From an uncultured Methanosarcinales archaeon (GTDB lineage: Archaea; Nanobdellota; Nanobdellia; Woesearchaeales; JAGVZT01), in assembly GCA_964419615.1 (NCBI GenBank), contig CAYQPU010000031.1:1-15375 (forward strand): a DNA stretch of 15,375 bases, in the 5' to 3' direction. The notes below the pieces were generated by a model. It made no database searches. It was not told where the DNA came from and saw nothing but the letters and a program-made list of their open reading frames with translations. The position numbers and the translations under genes are program-made. Numbering within the stretch: position 1 is the stretch's first letter; every line of letters begins with the position of its first letter. Below are positions 14,484-15,375 of this stretch, piece after piece.

Positions 14484-15374
14484 TTAATCATGCACTGGAT
14501 GTTCATGACCCAGTTCTTTTCTTGTTTGTAACTCCTCAATATGTTTTAGTCGTGAATGAAGAATATTTGACTTGTTGTTCTCGAAATCTCCAATAACATT
14601 TGCTACATGTTCTCCTCCAAGAAAATGAGGTAGAATCACATAATCTGCTCCAACATGATACAAATAGAGTGCTTCGTCTAGTTGTGATGCTGTAACAACA
14701 ACTATTGCCTTATTGGAAACATGCCTCACCTTTTGTAATATCAAGCAATTATCTGTAACATCTGGCACAGTACTAATAACCATATTAACATTTTGTAAAT
14801 CTAGGTGATTAAGCATTTCAGCATCCCCAACATCACCATAAACACAAGGAACACCTTTGGCAGATAGCTGTTTAATCACATCAGGATCATAATCTACAAC
14901 CAGTGAGCTCTTATTTAAAACATTTAACCTCTTTAGAATATTATATCCAATTCTATTATAGCCACACAGTAAAACCTCATGTTTGGAGTCATGCTTAGGT
15001 TTATCCTCATGTCTATTTCTAATAAACAATTTATATAATTTTACATCAAATTTCAACAAATAAGAACTCATAGTAATAGTGAAAATTGCCAACAAAACTG
15101 TTAATGACAAAACACTCTGACCTATCATTCCTGTGCTATGACCTAAAGCTGCAATAACAAGGGAAAACTCACTAACCTGAGCCAATGAAACAGCTGAAAG
15201 AAAAGCTGTTTTTGATTTGTATTTTAATAGCCTTAATACCCCCATGATAATCAACGGCTTAATAAGAAGTACAATTCCTATCAAAGCAACAGACGCCCAA
15301 GCAATAGTCACAATATCTTGGAATATAATCTGAGTTCCTAAGGTAACAAAAAATATTGTGCTAAAAAAATCCTT
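14484..15374 (-). CDS. CPA2/Kef-type cation:proton (K+/H+) antiporter with a C-terminal TrkA-N (RCK/KTN) domain, 5'-partial
   Basis: The frame is open to the window edge (KDFFSTIFFVTLG). CPA2 motifs LIKPLI and LAQVSEFSLVIA. RCK domain VLLCGYNRIG, VVDYDPD, YGDVGD, LYHVGADYVILP. Confidence 0.9.
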   Translation of the reverse strand, partial: KDFFSTIFFVTLGTQIIFQDIVTIAWASVALIGIVLLIKPLIIMGVLRLLKYKSKTAFLSAVSLAQVSEFSLVIAALGHSTGMIGQSVLSLTVLLAIFTITMSSYLLKFDVKLYKLFIRNRHEDKPKHDSKHEVLLCGYNRIGYNILKRLNVLNKSSLVVDYDPDVIKQLSAKGVPCVYGDVGDAEMLNHLDLQNVNMVISTVPDVTDNCLILQKVRHVSNKAIVVVTASQLDEALYLYHVGADYVILPHFLGGEHVANVIGDFENNKSNILHSRLKHIEELQTRKELGHEHPVHD

Positions 15375-15375
15375 T

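Noticed and set aside
1-15375. CRISPR arrays, tRNA/rRNA genes, IS elements or integrases
   Set aside because: I saw no regularly spaced repeats, cloverleaf or rRNA-like GC-rich stretches, transposase ORFs or terminal repeats. The intergenic gaps are all under about 200 nt.

Overview
AT-rich, gene-dense window that looks archaeal, most likely DPANN (Woesearchaeota-like). This is an inference from GGAGGTG/GAGGTGA Shine-Dalgarno sites, TATA/BRE-like promoters, an archaeal-type ThyA fold, an Lrp/AsnC regulator and PIP-box-like C-termini. From left to right it holds: the 3' part of mutS (MutS1); two small ORFs absent from the ORF track (a 57-aa membrane peptide and a 40-aa zinc ribbon); a minus-strand pair made of a 526-aa winged-HTH protein and a thymidylate-synthase-fold protein whose catalytic Cys is Gly; a divergent Lrp/AsnC gene with repeats in the shared promoter; a five-gene minus-strand amino-acid stereo-inversion cluster (NSAR/OSBS-type enolase-superfamily racemase, EamA/DMT transporter, GNAT-like protein, N-acyl-D-amino-acid deacylase, Asp/Glu-racemase-family protein); a tightly coupled three-gene unit of unknown function ending in an endonuclease IV-like TIM barrel with a large insertion; and the 3' part of a CPA2/Kef-type antiporter. 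The best candidates for new biology are a possible L-to-D amino-acid production/export pathway (the reverse of the known succinylation-racemization-desuccinylation route), the ThyA pseudoenzyme/wHTH pair, and the TIM-barrel operon. I saw no rRNA, tRNA, CRISPR array or mobile element. All assignments come from reading motifs by eye; no searches were run.
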